From Phoronis australis (lineage: Eukaryota; Animalia; Phoronida), in NCBI GenBank assembly GCA_002633005.1, contig NMRA01000199.1, forward strand, positions 26,505 to 90,504: DNA of 64,000 nucleotides, read 5' to 3'. The notes under the pieces were generated by a model. That model was not told the DNA's origin. It saw only the letters and a program-made list of their open reading frames with translations, and ran no database searches. How positions within the stretch are numbered: the first letter of the stretch is position 1; every line of letters begins with the position of its first letter. This document shows positions 39,395 to 54,000 of this stretch, one piece after another. Made by a program: the position numbers and the translations under genes.

Positions 39395-39928
39395 TTTCTG
39401 ATTTACATGTTTATGTATCTACGAAAACCGACATGTAATAGGTGATTTTTGGCAATTAGAAGCTAATCTTTTAAGAAATGATGACGATTCAGGGAATTTA
39501 GTTGAAGCCTGAATATGAAAAAAACTATTATCCGATCCCCAAATAGTAAGGTGCACTTGGACGCTTATTGCCTATCTAAAGTAACTCTAAAAAACATTGA
39601 TGAAATTTGGACACTTCCCAAAAAATTTACTCACAATTCAAATGACAAATAAATGCATTGCTTTTTGACTTCGGTACAAGATTTGTTGTTTAAAGTCACT
39701 AACAGGGGATCAAAAAGAAATTAAGTCATTAAATCAAGGTAAACGCATTGCTCATGGATTTGGTAGTTGGTTTCTGATTTACATGTTTATGTATCTACGA
39801 AAGTGGACTGATTGAGAGATAATTTTTTTGACAATTAGAAGCTCATCTTGTAAGAAATGACAATACTTCAATGAACTTAATTGCAGGCCGACATTGGGAA
39901 AATTCGATCTATCATCAGATCCCCAAAT
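39395..39928. repeat. Imperfect ~150-bp direct repeat pair (39395-39545 and 39771-39928)
   Basis: Both begin TTTCTGATTTACATGTTTATGTATCTACGAAA and end near GATCCCCAAATA. Confidence 0.75.
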
Positions 39929-42033
39929 ATAAAAGTACACTAAAAGATTTTTGTCTATCTAGCACGTCATGACAGGCACGCCCAAGTTAAAAATAAGGTG
40001 TAACCATGCAGTAGGCCTGTTTAGAATCGCAGTTACCCACGAGAACTGAATTTGACTCCAGACGTTGAAGTGTGTACAATTCGGGACACACTCAGTATCA
40101 TATTCCCCAGCAACCAGAAACTGGACTTCCGGTCGTGTTTCATCAAGGGATTCTGAAACGGCACTCACTATACCAGGCACCTCGGGACCCCACCTTTCCA
40201 AAAATTCCCTCATAGAATGGTCATCATAAAATGAAGTTTTCCCAAAACTGGATCATAATAAAAGGAACTTTGACCTTCGACCCAGCTATACATGTAGTTA
40301 CTTCAGGCAGCTCCCAGATACCCGTCAGTGCGGTCGGGGCCTAGACCCATTCTTACTCTCCCGGAATCTTTTTTTTTCTCCGTGAATCTTTGTTGCTTCA
40401 GGGTTACTCAAAACCTGTTGGCTGCATCCCCGGTATTACCCCCACCTATAGCGGACGTAGGGGGTAGGGTTCGGTACAAATATGGTGACATCCAGAGAAC
40501 GGGGGAGGGAGTAACGATAGCATTGGCGAAGTCAAATTGGATTGTCCCCCCAATATTTTTTTCCTTCCTGCTGGCCTGTTGTGGGATCTACTTTTATTGT
40601 TTTAGTTTTTCATACTTATTGTAAATAATTATTTGTGCACTTATGTATGTTTGTATTTTATTAATTTTCATACCTGACCTGAATGGAAATAACTTTCTGA
40701 CTTTCCCCACAAACAAATAAAAATAAGAATAAGACTTAAATGACTGTTACGAAAAAAATCTAAATTTTCAAGAAAGAAAACGAAGACTTAAAAAACTGTG
40801 AAATCGTTTTTGAGATTTTGACCTCGAAGATATACACCAAATTGAATTAGATCTTGTTATTGACACCGCCGTTGTGCAATGAATGTATCAAAACACATGG
40901 TCACATAACCGGATTAAGCACTTGCGGGACAAGTAGCATAAGCCGAAGCGCCGGGCCCCTACTCAAAAACTCGTGCGATGATTATCTTATATCGATTAAA
41001 CAAAGTTTTAAAACACAGTTAGAGCGACCGCAAACGATAGATAATTGGAACTCGGCGCTACAATGAATTGGTTGATGTGCCGAGGAATTCGCTGGATACC
41101 CTTGGGTAAACAGTGCACGTTTTCTCGTTCACTTGCATGCAGAAGCCTGATAGCGTAATGATTTTGTTTTCCGGTCCTATCCTCAAAAATGGCCCATAAT
41201 GTATTTCGCTAAAACGCAAGTGAGACAGCCTACAGGATTTCCTATACGATCAGGATTTCTCATATAGGAATTCCTATAGAGTATTTTCAGAAGTCTGATT
41301 TCGAACTTTTTAGCAAACAATTTTCCTCTAGCCGGGTTACGGTCTACCTTTGAGTCGCGCACCCCACTTCACTTTCGCGATGCAAAAATGTACGTATCAT
41401 GACTGCGGAATTTACTATCCCGGCCGAGACGAGTCAACTAAGCAAAACTGCTCACTCGATATAAGGCCAGTATTTGCAAGAACAAACCATTTGGGACCAA
41501 AAAGTGTTACAACCCCAACTTTAAGGCCCAACTGAGACAGCGAGGGTCGAGGACGCACCTAAAATCTCCTCGCGCAGAAGAGAGCACCCAGGAGACCATG
41601 ACACGTGTCTAATCAACATAATACGTGAACCCATTGAATGACGGCGGAGTTAGATCATGCGATATCGACCGAAGTAGGCATTATTTCCATTTGTGCCACA
41701 GACTAGTGCAGTGAGCGTGACCCAACAACACTTTAACAAAAGACTCACAGGCGGCGGATGCACAGCTGTACGAGATGTAACCATGAGCTCCTATAATATT
41801 ATCCAGGCGTCACCACCATCGTCGATCGAGTGCGGGTTTTCTCGCCTTGTATACAAATCACGCAGCTGATTTGTACGAAGTCGGTGACCGACATACAGTG
41901 AAGGCAGTAAACGGGCATGGCGTGCTACATTGTACTGACGTGCTTTTGAATTACCATTTTATTGTGCGGGTAGCACAAATGCACGATAATCAGCGATTAC
42001 CATCAAAAGGAACCCGACATTTATTGAAAAAAG

Positions 42034-42097
42034 ATGAAGGAAAACGAAAGTATTGCTCTGATGGGGTCGCCAGTGTCACCCCTTGAGACTTATTCGG
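42034..42097 (+). CDS. SV2: SV2-like putative coding exon 1 (MKENESIALMGSPVSPLETYS)
   Basis: AAGATG start and G|GTAAGT donor; phase 1 matches the acceptor at 45666. Confidence 0.5.
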
Positions 42098-45000
42098 GTA
42101 AGTCACAAGTGCGAAATAATGGTTTGACAGTCGCCGTAGCCTCAAATTTCCACAAGCCCGCACTTACCTAAACAAATTGATCTCGACATTTTCCTTCCGC
42201 CATAGTGTATTGTAGTGCGCGACTACGAAGATCACCAGGAAAGCCATGCACGGCGCAGAAGACGGAGGGAATAATCAGAAAATTATCTTGGCTTTTTAGC
42301 CACTTCTCAATTGACTATTTCCATACAATTGTATAACAGTTTGATCACGGATTGCCTCTCAACTCAGCGTTATATCTTAGCAGCCACGACTCAAGAACTA
42401 GTTTCAGTCTAGTTGATACGCTTATTTTGCATATTTTTGATTTCGCAGTCAAACAAAGTGCAAGAACAGTAATAATTGACTGAATAAAAATATGCATAAT
42501 TGAAAATCTCGCTGTAACTAAGGTGATTTGTGTAAAGTTGTTCTCATGTTAACCAGTATCCGTGCTTTTGACATCAGCCGATGTGCTTAATTCAATTTGC
42601 ACTCGATTTGCACGTTGCATATTAATGAACGTTTTGCATAACACTGATCAAAGTGATGTTGACGCCCAGTTCGTGATAAATTCATGTTTCTTGTTGTAAA
42701 AGAAACCTTCATCTGTGGTGACATTCCATGTGCAACAAGTAACCCGGCCATTACTTATAGTTACTTAGGATCTCTTGTCTTTGGTGCATCTCTTTGAACA
42801 TTTATTGACGAAATTTTGCTAAGGTCACGTATTTTGCATATTTTTTGTCAAGGCTGTGACTACGTAGCATCCTTCAGGCTTTTCGAATCATTTTCGTTCC
42901 TGTGTCTAATATAGTTTCAAACATCCTAATATTACGAGTCAAGCGTATGATGATCCTCCAATCGACGTTTGGACTCTGGCTACTTCTCCGGATACATATG
43001 TAGGTCGGTCTGTATCATGCTTAAAAAGTGGCGGATAACTGGTGTCTTTCGCACGTAATACCGGCGTACTTAGAGCACGCGACAAGCATTGATCACCTGA
43101 TTATGACTCAGTCATGTTCACTATCAGAGAAGACTTCCTCGTGAGTGAAGTCTTCTTAACTGTCACTTTTTTCTCTGGAAATAAGAATGTCTGTCGAAGT
43201 GCTTCATTGCCGTCAATGCCACGAATTTTGACCACGCGTTGACATGCACGTTGAGCATACTGATTGATGAGATTTGCATGGCGGCCGTGGATGTTCATGA
43301 AAATACAGACGTTACACACGAGAAGATACACGCTGCATTTGTACTAATTTTTATCTGGTGGTGTTCTTGTCACGAGATGGCCATCCATACAGATGTGGTA
43401 TAGACTAATTATAAGCCCGATTACATTAGTGTAAACCGGTTGCATATCCTTAGGGAAGAGTCCCCGAGTGTTGTCCGCCACAACCTGTGCCTCATTAACG
43501 CTGTTTTGACGTACCGTTGGGATTTTTGTCCACCATGTGTTTTGGCCAAAAAGATGATGGTAGAGAATTAAAGGTAGACAGGTCATCTTTTTGTAATGTC
43601 CGTTAAGCAGTGACCACTGAAGTAACATCCCATTTCAACTGCCAGGTGAACATCGCCATTTCAATGACTGCATTTTATTGCTTTTGCCGGTTCCACCGGG
43701 TTATGTGGCCAAGACATCTGAGAGGTCTGTAAATTGGAAATCGGCATCAAGAACCAATTAAAGAGATGTCTTTGCCGGTTGTCCCGATGAAATCGGAGAA
43801 GTCAATCAAGTGTATACAGTCTTTCTGCTAATGATCCCTTGGTCTAGTGTCTCAGTCCGTCAGATAGCAGTGTTTTAAAAGTGCCTTCCGGGAAATGTTG
43901 CGGCAAGTGCAAGCATTAGCCAATGTAGACCATTAATAATACACATTCGAAGCATTAAAAGCACTGTTGCGCTACAATGTATTCCCTCCCACTACACTAT
44001 CAACGACCACAAGCAAGCAGCGCTAGACCAACTCTCTAGGCAGGAAGTAAAATGGAACAGATGGCCCATCCATCATTTCTACGAAACCACTTCAGAAATG
44101 CTGGGAGGTTAGCGATCTGTGACACCATCTTCAGACTGAGAACTGGCCATTTTCAGTTCGTTTCTCACCTCTTTAGCCTAAAAAATTCTCATTCGGAAGA
44201 AAGTCCGTGTGGCACCATGACCCTTGGACATTAGACCACATCCTGCAGATCTGTTCTGGTACATTTGACACCCTAAGGCGCCAGATACTTCCCAGTCCGG
44301 TGGAGGTCCAGGATAAACTGTGGGGTCAAGCAGCGTCACTCCAGCGGTCGGCAGACTTTGCTGAGAACACACGGTACTGAAAATTTTAAAAAGCTGCATT
44401 GCCGGGATCGAAGAATAAGAAGGCCATGTTTAAGAGTATTGATGTTGTGATACCTCGTTTAGGAGTTGGAGACGTCCCTTCTTGCTCCTCCAAGTTCATC
44501 TGTTAGAGTCCGTCTTTTCAACATAAACTTGACCAGTAGTAGACTCCATGTTATCGTCAAATTGAACAAACGTGTTGAAGCTCTAGCATAATGCTTAACA
44601 CTTTTGTTTTAAATGATTTTTTCAACGATGTGTACAGTAGATCGGGGCCCAGGACTCTGAGCTTGACCGTATTTTTAAAGTTTGACTGTTGGGATGGGCT
44701 GACGTTCGTAAGTTATTGTACAACACTAAAGCATTGATAAGTAACGTTACCGTGTGCCCTGTGGCTACAGAAACATTGATCACGATATTTTCAACGAAAC
44801 ATTTTGACGAAAAAAAGGAAAAGCTTGCCAAGTGTTAGCAATGGTGTTTTGATCGGTATAATCGTCTCATAATCGCAAAAGTTACGATTGCATGGTCACT
44901 GCAATTCTTAGTTACAGTCAGAGGTGCAATAAATATGTGATCAGAGACGGTGGAAGGCGATAAAAAGACGTAATTGCAATATTGAAAGTGTTTCTCTGTC

Positions 45001-48000
45001 CTCACAGGGGAAAGTGAAATACTCTGTACTAGACGTCTTGAGAAGGTACTTTCGTCAGGAATTGTTTAAAACATATTTTTGACGAGCTTCCACGTTCCAT
45101 GACTTTTTTACATGTTGGGATAAACTGCATGTAAACTTCGATCAGTTTTACGTTAGTAACAATTGCTTCATGCGATTGCATCACAGCCTTCGCCAATTTG
45201 TTTAATTGAAGCTGCACTTTGTAAAGTGTAGCTACCTAAAACGGAAATCGAATTAGGCATTTACTGTCACCAAAATGGTCTGATATTCCTTACCAACAGG
45301 GAGATTGAACCCATCAGCGACTCACGATAACACTTTGGGTTATTTGTGGTTGGCTAACAATAAAATTGAAAGTGACGCAAGTATGCATTGACTTTGACTT
45401 GAGTTGTTTTATTGGAAACAGAACCATACAACGGGGAGGAAAATTAAGAGACTCATTTAATGAGAGTAAAATGCCTGAGTCGAGTTTATTTTTAGCCAAA
45501 TAAACACGATGACGTGCAACTTTAAAGCACCTACTCGTATCTTTTTTCGCAAATGGAAATTAAAGACACTTCGTTTTAATATCAGACTTGATTTGATAAA
45601 ACTGCCTCCGTTTTGTTAACCTCAGAACATTTATAGTCAGCGCGACAATTGCATTTTCTGTTGAAGATGTCGACAGTAAATCGTCTGCAGAGATGGATGA
45701 CGAAAGATTTAAAAAGGAGCGACATGACATCCTCAGTCAGTCACACGACACAGCAATGAACACCATTGGGTTTGGACGATTTCAATGGTTCGTCTTCGTC
45801 GTAATTGGATTGGCTATGATGGCGGACATGGCAGAGATCTTCCTAACTGCCTTCGTCATGTCGAGTGCGGCGCGTGAACTCTGCATGGACAGTGAAAAGC
45901 AGGGACTTCTGGGTAATTATCAATATTCATTTTCGTACCCTGGCATTTTGTTCAAGAATTTAAGTGTGAGTTAATTAAAAGAAGCATCCCACAGAGTGGA
46001 GTGTTGAAACGATATGCTTATCGGTATTAATAAAGCTCAATGCCAAAAGCAAGATTGCTCGCTCAACACCCAGGTGACTACAAATTTTGCTTCATAAATC
46101 AATCTCTCTCCTACACTCTCATGCATGTCAAGTGATAATCCTGCTAGTCCACGTTATTCGACATGAGAATGAATTTCCCTTGGATTTGTTTCATAATATT
46201 CTAGTATTGATTAATATAGCGGACGTTAATTTTAAATATGATCCTGGTGCTTCAACGACCGTGTCTACGAAATAGAAAAATACACAGGCATTTTAATCTT
46301 TATTGGAACATCCAGAAGAAGAATGGTGACCTTTATAATCAAGGCAGTTCGTGCTTTCTCACCACTCGCCTATAATAACTATTTTAAATGAAAAGTGATA
46401 CGATAACATTTGTCATTTTAAAGCCGATATTTTTTATGTGGCATTGCGAGTTGCAAAGCTTTTATAAAACATTTAAACAACCAAGTGAAGCGCGATCAAT
46501 CGTTCTCTATTTGTACGACTCAGATCAAAGGGTGAGTAACCTCTTGAAAATCAAATCAAGTACATAATGCGTGTTTGCACTTGCGCAAATAACGAAAGTT
46601 GAATTCTGAATGTGGGACTGAAGACTCGTCTTAACACATTTAGTGATGTGTGACGATTGCAGGGGCGGATCCAGGATTTTGAGTTTGAGGAGGGCAGGGC
46701 AGAGTATTAGACCGTCAGACATTCGCACCCCCAAACTGCCAATGGGAGAATTTTAGGGGGGGGGGGGCATGGTCCCCTTGCCCCCTTCCGCCACTGGATT
46801 AAAGTTATTTGCAAACCACACCAGTGGCACTTTTAAAACATTGCGAATGCAGGCTAAATGAAAATTATGGACCAGATACAGTCACTCTCCCCTGTGGTGT
46901 TTCACTCCATCATTTTCTTCCACACCATTAACAATGAACGATTCTCAGTCCATACATTCGTAACCCCTTCGGGATTTCTACATCTTTCGGTTACAACTCA
47001 ATAGGTTTAATGTTTCCCTGGTGATGAGTCGTCATTTTATGCATTGTTTTTGTAATGTTTATTGAATGATTGCATACGGGCACCTGGATAACTGTTAGCG
47101 GTGTAGTAGACTAAACAAGCATGCTTTTAATCGATTAAATTGCGCACGGTGTCATGAAAACATCGAAACTGTTGCGTCGCTGGAACTGAGACGTTTGATT
47201 CTGAAGGGCTATTCTTTCACGACCTATTTCCCAAGGTATGCCTTTTAAGGCAAAACTCCTTACAAAAGAACGGGATTTCGACACTACAATGGTTTCATTT
47301 TTGCACCTACAAAGATTTATATGTCTTAATATCATCTGTATCTTTTAAATTTCGGTTACAATAGATGTATTCTCTTCTCGCATTATTTCAGGCTACTCAT
47401 GGATAAAACAAAAATTCACCTGCCCAATCCTACGAAAGGGTTAGCCTGATGAAAGTAACTCCTACGAAGAGGTGTTTTTTTATGAATGGTTTTCCCTACA
47501 AAGTCATTTCTCGTGTTCACTTCGTAATGGGTGGGTATTGTAATCTGCCCGCTTCACTACTCTGGTAAAAATGCAGTCGAATACCTCCGTCTGTAAGATA
47601 CAGTACAGTATGCGAAGTTCTATTAGGTTGCAACGCCGATGACTTGCGTACGAGATAAAATATTTGTGCTCGGCCGTAGTTGTCCCACTGAACTACTGTG
47701 TGCTTTTTTCGTGCTAGAATACATTTCAGTTTTCTGGTTATCTCACCGCTGTTTGCTTTGAATCTGCACTAAGTTCCTTTAGGCCGCTTTGGTACGTCGT
47801 ATTTGTAGAATAAAGCTGACAAAATGAGAGCAGCCAAGCGAGCCATTGATTTTTTTGCTGAGAGCATTATTTCTACACTCTTGCATAGATGTCGTGTGAA
47901 TACAAATTTACTTCGCTTGTCTGGTGACGAAGGTAGAGTCTAGATTCACTAACAAAATGTTGGTCTTACTGCTTTTGCCGCCCTAAAAGCCCGTTGGAAT

Positions 48001-51000
48001 CGGATCGGTTTTCTCGCTAACACTACAGTAAAATCATATGTACACCTATTGGTTCCTTGAAGATCTTTTCCGCGGCAGTTGATGGACTGCTCATATATAA
48101 ACATGCATAGTACATGATTTGGGTGTACCTATGGACATCAAAAAGCTTTTGTGTGGCATCTCTTCAAACGCCTTTTGAAAATCTATAAAACAATAAAGCC
48201 TTCCACCACGTGCGTGCTTAATGTTTCCGAGCAGGGAAAGTAAACGTAGTTAATTCGATATATCGTTAAATACAGTTGTAACCATTTCTAAAGCCGGTTT
48301 AGTTTCCATAAAGCAAGTTATTGTGTTCAGCTCATGAGGTAAGATAGATACTTGGGTCAGATCTTTCCGATAACAGGAGACGGGGTACGGTTTTTATATG
48401 ATCTCAACATTAATATAACCATATAATGTATAAATAACGTGCCGGCTATTGCATCGCACCAAGCTTGAGAGCATTTCACTTTGTAATCTTTTGTCAAATA
48501 ATCTTGTCGGAACAGAGCTAATCAAGTGACACTTGTGCTTAAATAGTTCAAACACCATAAATTACTCCGACGGTTTTGCCATTTGACACATTTTCAATCG
48601 TCTCCTCTGACCTTGAAGCTTTTATTCCACCTCGTCTGTTGCGGTGTTCTTAACGTCATCGTCAGTGACTTAGCGGGTTAAATATTCCATCCATAAGGTG
48701 ATATACCAAATCGCGAGAAAAAGATTTCGCCAAACCTCAAAAATCCTTTGCATTGGAATTGAATTATAGACTTTTTAAGCACAGTAAATGAATTATCGAT
48801 GTAAATATTAGCTAGAAAGTAGTACTAACACTCCGACATTTGGGCCAAATACAGTGTATTGACTGTGAAGAGCGAGTGGAGAATGTACTCCTAACTATAC
48901 TCAGTGTGTTTGGTTTTGCCGCTCTTTAAATTATTCACATAAATATGGTATCTGTCACAGGAATAATGGTGATGGCCGGAATGATGGTGGGGGCGGTGAA
49001 GACTGCGAAGAGCTAGTGGAGATTTACTCCAAACTATACTCAGTGTGTTTGGTTTTGCCGCTCTTTAAATCATTCACATAAATATGGTATCTGTCACAGG
49101 AATAATGGTGATGGCCGGAATGATGGTGGGGGCGGTGACCTTTGGCGTGATGGCTGATCTGGTTGGAAGACGCCCAATGTTGATCTCTGGTCTGTTGTGT
49201 GCTTTGGTAATGGCGATCGTATCTGCCTTCACTCACCTTTATGGGTTGTTTTTGACCTGCCGAACTATAGTAGGGATTAAGTAAGTATATAAGCCCAAAG
49301 GCTGTGATAATCAACGTTGTTATGGTTGGATGATTTTTGGCAGTTGTAGTCATATATTGTTAAAAAGAATGACCATTAAATTGCAAAATTTTATGTGACC
49401 AAATATCCACAAAGCTATTAATTTTAATTCAGTAGAAATATTTATGTTCTGGTAGTACTGAGATAACTTGTAGAATTTATTTTTTAAATTAGCAGTCTAT
49501 CATTAATTTGTCACGTGGCCATGTTTTTAAGTAAAATTTATCAAAAAAAAGAAAATGGTACATTGATAGCAAAACAACTGTACCAGTAGCATGGCCAAAT
49601 ATCATCTGATATTATATGTATTCCAGATGTAATCGCTTAAATACTGTCGCAGTTTCCTAAATTATCATTTCATTTCGGTTTTACGCATGTTTTTACAAAA
49701 ATACTAAGTCTTATTTTTAAGTTCCCTCACGCAAAAGTGGAATAATTCAAAAACATTTCCTTCCTAACGGGGTTTTGACAGTTCCATGTGGACCTGATGA
49801 GTCTTTTCTAAGATACGTTGTGAAATTGGTCAAGTTTAGACATTTTTTTTTCTAACTAACTTTCAAGTGAGAATTATTTCAATATCATGTACAGTTCACA
49901 AAACCAGCCAAATCTTTTAATTCGTCTTACTACTTAGAACACCCGTCTTTTTGCGTATACTGGAGGCCTAATATACAGTAGGAGTAATGAGTATTCTCGA
50001 TACTACACTTGGGAAAATTTGTTACAGTGTAGGCGGATTGTTGTCCTTGTGGGGTCCGTACATGGTCGAGTTGGTACCTCGGCATCGTAGAGGCGTGCAC
50101 TTGACTTTTGCTCTCTTCATGTGGTTGACAGGTGCTGTATACGCCTGCGCAATGGCGTGGATAATTATTCCGAATCCAGGTACTTTTGTAATAATCTATA
50201 GTATCGAAGTATTTACTAAGATCACAAAAATAGTACCAGTTTTCAGTAAAGGTAGAGTAGGACCTTATGGACTAGTTTGTGTATATAGTTAAATATCTAC
50301 AAAACTATAGACTTCCATTTATTCTGCATGTAGAAAGTCTGTATATTTTAATTTTTGAATTTATGGCCAATCTGTCATTAATCAGGTTTGGTGATTATGT
50401 CTTTTATTGAAATGTACGTCCATAGCAAATCCGCAGTTCACTAACATGTTCAAATATTATTTGATATAAATGTTGAAGATAAAATCTCAGAAAAGATGTA
50501 ATTTTTACAAATTCTAAAATAGGTATTTCGTTTTCGTTAAATGCAACTTTCTATTTTTTTGTTAAATCATAAAGTTCAATGTGAATGATACCTCTTCCCG
50601 AGCGTGAATTTTGAATACTCATCGTTGCATACTTGCAAAGTTGAACTACATTGTATAACAAGGTCTTCGAAATGTGTAACAAAATTGAATTTTAACTTGT
50701 CAGTTTAAGCAATGACCAATTTAAACACATGATCACATCAATCACAAGTAGCTTCCCTATAGAAACAGACAGGAAGTTGTTCTCTGACTTTGTATGTGAC
50801 CATGCTTTTCATTGGGTCGTAAAACCATGTGATTCAGAGATCATTCAATGACAATCATGCTTACTTGATGACCTAAAACGACTTACTGAGTTACCTCATT
50901 ATCATAACCTTAAACAGAATAATCCCAACTGAAAACGTCTATAACTTTGCTAATTCTCAATTTTGAGTTTGGCCACCCTCCAAACAGTGATCAGTGACAG

Positions 51001-54000
51001 TCTTAGGTAATTGCGACACATGCATGCTTCTAATATGACTTTGTCACCAGAAATCCATTTATAAGACTTCAAGTTTTGGCCTACTGACAACTCAATAAGA
51101 GACCTTAAATGAGACTCCGACAGACTGTGTGAAAATTGATGTCTAGGTAGACTAAGAACTACAGTTTCAGTGTTTCTTAAAATATGTATGTTTACTTGCA
51201 GTTAGGGCAGCAAGCAGTCAAAAGAATAATAATGACGTGTCTCGCTCTCACATCGTGAGTTTTCGATAAAACTTTTAATCAGGGACGATGCACTTTTTAG
51301 TGGATTTCCAACATACACTGTACCATGTGGGCCAATAGGGATTCTGTTTTTTGTGTTTTCTCGTTGTTCCTGTTATGTTTATGAATACCAGAATATTAGT
51401 TTGACAATTTTGTCTTGACCTGCCAAACTGAGACCACTATATGAACAGCTGTTTTATAGACAATGCGTGAGTTGTCAATTCTTCAATTACGAATACACTA
51501 ACTATTGTTTAGTAAAATCTATTTATTTACATCTCCAGATCTTTCCAGCCACATTCACAGTGGGTTTGTCTTGAGTTCTTGGCGCATATATCTGCTTGTC
51601 TGTGCTCTCCCGATATTGCTGGCTCTTATGGGTGTGTTCTTTGTTCCCGAAACACCGCGCTATTTAATTGAAGTGAGTATCTCTTCAAGTGACTTTTTAT
51701 TTTTAGTGAACACATGACTAGATAGTGTGGAAGGTGAAACTGACCCGTTTAGACCCCATTCACTTCGTTTGCCAAGGCTAGCGCATTGTCTTATTTAGAC
51801 TCTGTGAGATCTTCATTGTAGAATCACATGCAGTATTTTCAGACTAACAATTCATCATGAATATAACATTGGGCTTCCTTAGCAACACCAAGCAACAATT
51901 TTTGTTTTGATAAATTCCCCTGCTTTCTCGCAACTTGTCTCTTTGCCGAACTATTTTTGAGTGGAGTCACGAAATGTCGATATTCACAAAATGTTTGACA
52001 GTTCTAGGTGAGCGCTCTCGCGAGCAAGACGGCCTCTCCACCGTTTGACTTAAACTTTCGTGGTAAGAGATCATTATGAGAGTATTTTTGGAAGGTGGAG
52101 TAGCCTAGTTTTTATTTTGATTTTTCGCAGAATAAAATACAAAGATGTGCAGCTGTAAACCTAAGTTGCACTTGCGGTCAAAAGTAATAGTACACACCCG
52201 CATGTTTTTCGCATAGAATACGTAAACCTTTAGAACTAACCGTTGCATGTGGTAAACTAAGGTGAATAATAGCGTCTCTCTCTTTTATTGCCACATGGTA
52301 CTTGCTTCAAATCTGCCAGTGACGAGGCATGTTCTCTTCCACTGTGAGGCAGTACACATGAGAGGAAAACTGAACTTCGTTTTTGCGCAAAATTAGGCAG
52401 TTGAAACGATAAAATATATTACAAGTAAGATTTATGAATCGTCTTACTCGCCATATGTTGGTGACATCACGTGATATGTAAAGTCTGAAAAGATTATATA
52501 TCCCGACCGGAGCTCGAACCCGGGATATTTTGTTAATCGTGCAGACGCTCTGTGCGCAGCTATATGAAACAGTCCCAAAAAGGAACGCAACTTCGTTCCC
52601 TAAATGTAGTGCATATTTGTGAACTTGTGAAAAGACTGATTGTTATTTCTTATGCTCTTTGGGTATAATTACTAAGTCAATTTAGGCTTTGATAGAAATC
52701 GAGAGTGAAATCTACCTTAAATTCTCATTATTATTGAAAATAAATAGGGATCTTTTCATGCAACGCCTCTAATTTAAGGACTTAGTCCCTAATTATTTTA
52801 ACTGAATTAAGGTCAGTTTTTAGTTTTATATTAGAAAATGCCAATAGTCAGAGAGGATCGAGCTCATAAAATTATAGAAAAAATACTACAACTATGAGTA
52901 TAGAACGAAACAAATACGTAAAGATTTAGAGAACTTGGTTGAATCCCTATTTGGGACTCTTTCATGCAACCGGGCACAGGTCCCCTGAACTATTGGGTCA
53001 GGTGATTACAGAAACCTAATCAGACTCTATACGTTGCCAGTTCTTATACTGACATGTGTGTCATTGAATGTCACTTTCTTTACCTTAGGATGGCCAAGTA
53101 ATGGAAGCTTTAAAAGTGTACCAACGAATGTACCTACAAAACCATCCAGATGAAACTCAGGTAGGCGTTTTGTAATGCACGGGATAAATTGACAAACTAG
53201 CATTTTTTAGATTTATCTTAGCCCTGATGTAGATAACTCAAATTTTCAAAAAATAATCTCACGATTTCAATGAAATAAGCAAGCTGAGACAAGATACGTA
53301 GTACATCGAGGCTAGACTGGCGTCACTTGCAAATGGATTGCATGTCCGGTGTGTACCGCTCTAGCGAGTGTTTTTTTTTTCACCCTCACCGAGATCGTAC
53401 TTTATGGGATCAAAAGTCGACTTTTGGTGCTTTAAGGGTTTGCATATTAGAGTGTATTCAATAAGCTTCAGAATGCTTCCATGATCTTTCATAGTGTTCT
53501 AAGTTAAAATGAATAGTCCAAGTCAAGGGTTGATGGTTGAATTTTAAGTCAATCGACGGTTTAATTTATAGAAAAAGACTTGTCCAAAAGGACGATTTTC
53601 AGCTCTCTGTCATACAAACACGTTATCTTTAATATCATGCTAAGTGTCTAAAAGGGTGGGATGTCTCATGTTGTAGACATGTACGTAACGAAGCAGTAGA
53701 GGATATTCTTATTTCTCAACGACAGGGTTAAAATATTGCAGTATCTCTCCAAAAGACTCAGTGAAGTGCCGACATCAACACTATGCATCTGTGCTTAAAG
53801 AAAACCGATTTGCATATTAGGACTTAAGATCAAGTTGCCCGTTGCGCTAATCCCAGAAAGTCGAAAATTTGACAGTTGATACACTGTATATGCGAATGAT
53901 GACTACATTTTATCCCTTGTATAATGTATGCAAATCGATTTTTCAGGTTCCGGATATAAGTATACCCGACATCGCACATCTGAATACAGTTAACAGTACC

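Noticed and set aside
53726-53800. Alternative SV2 exon after the GACAG acceptor
   Set aside because: Immediate in-frame TAA in the required phase.
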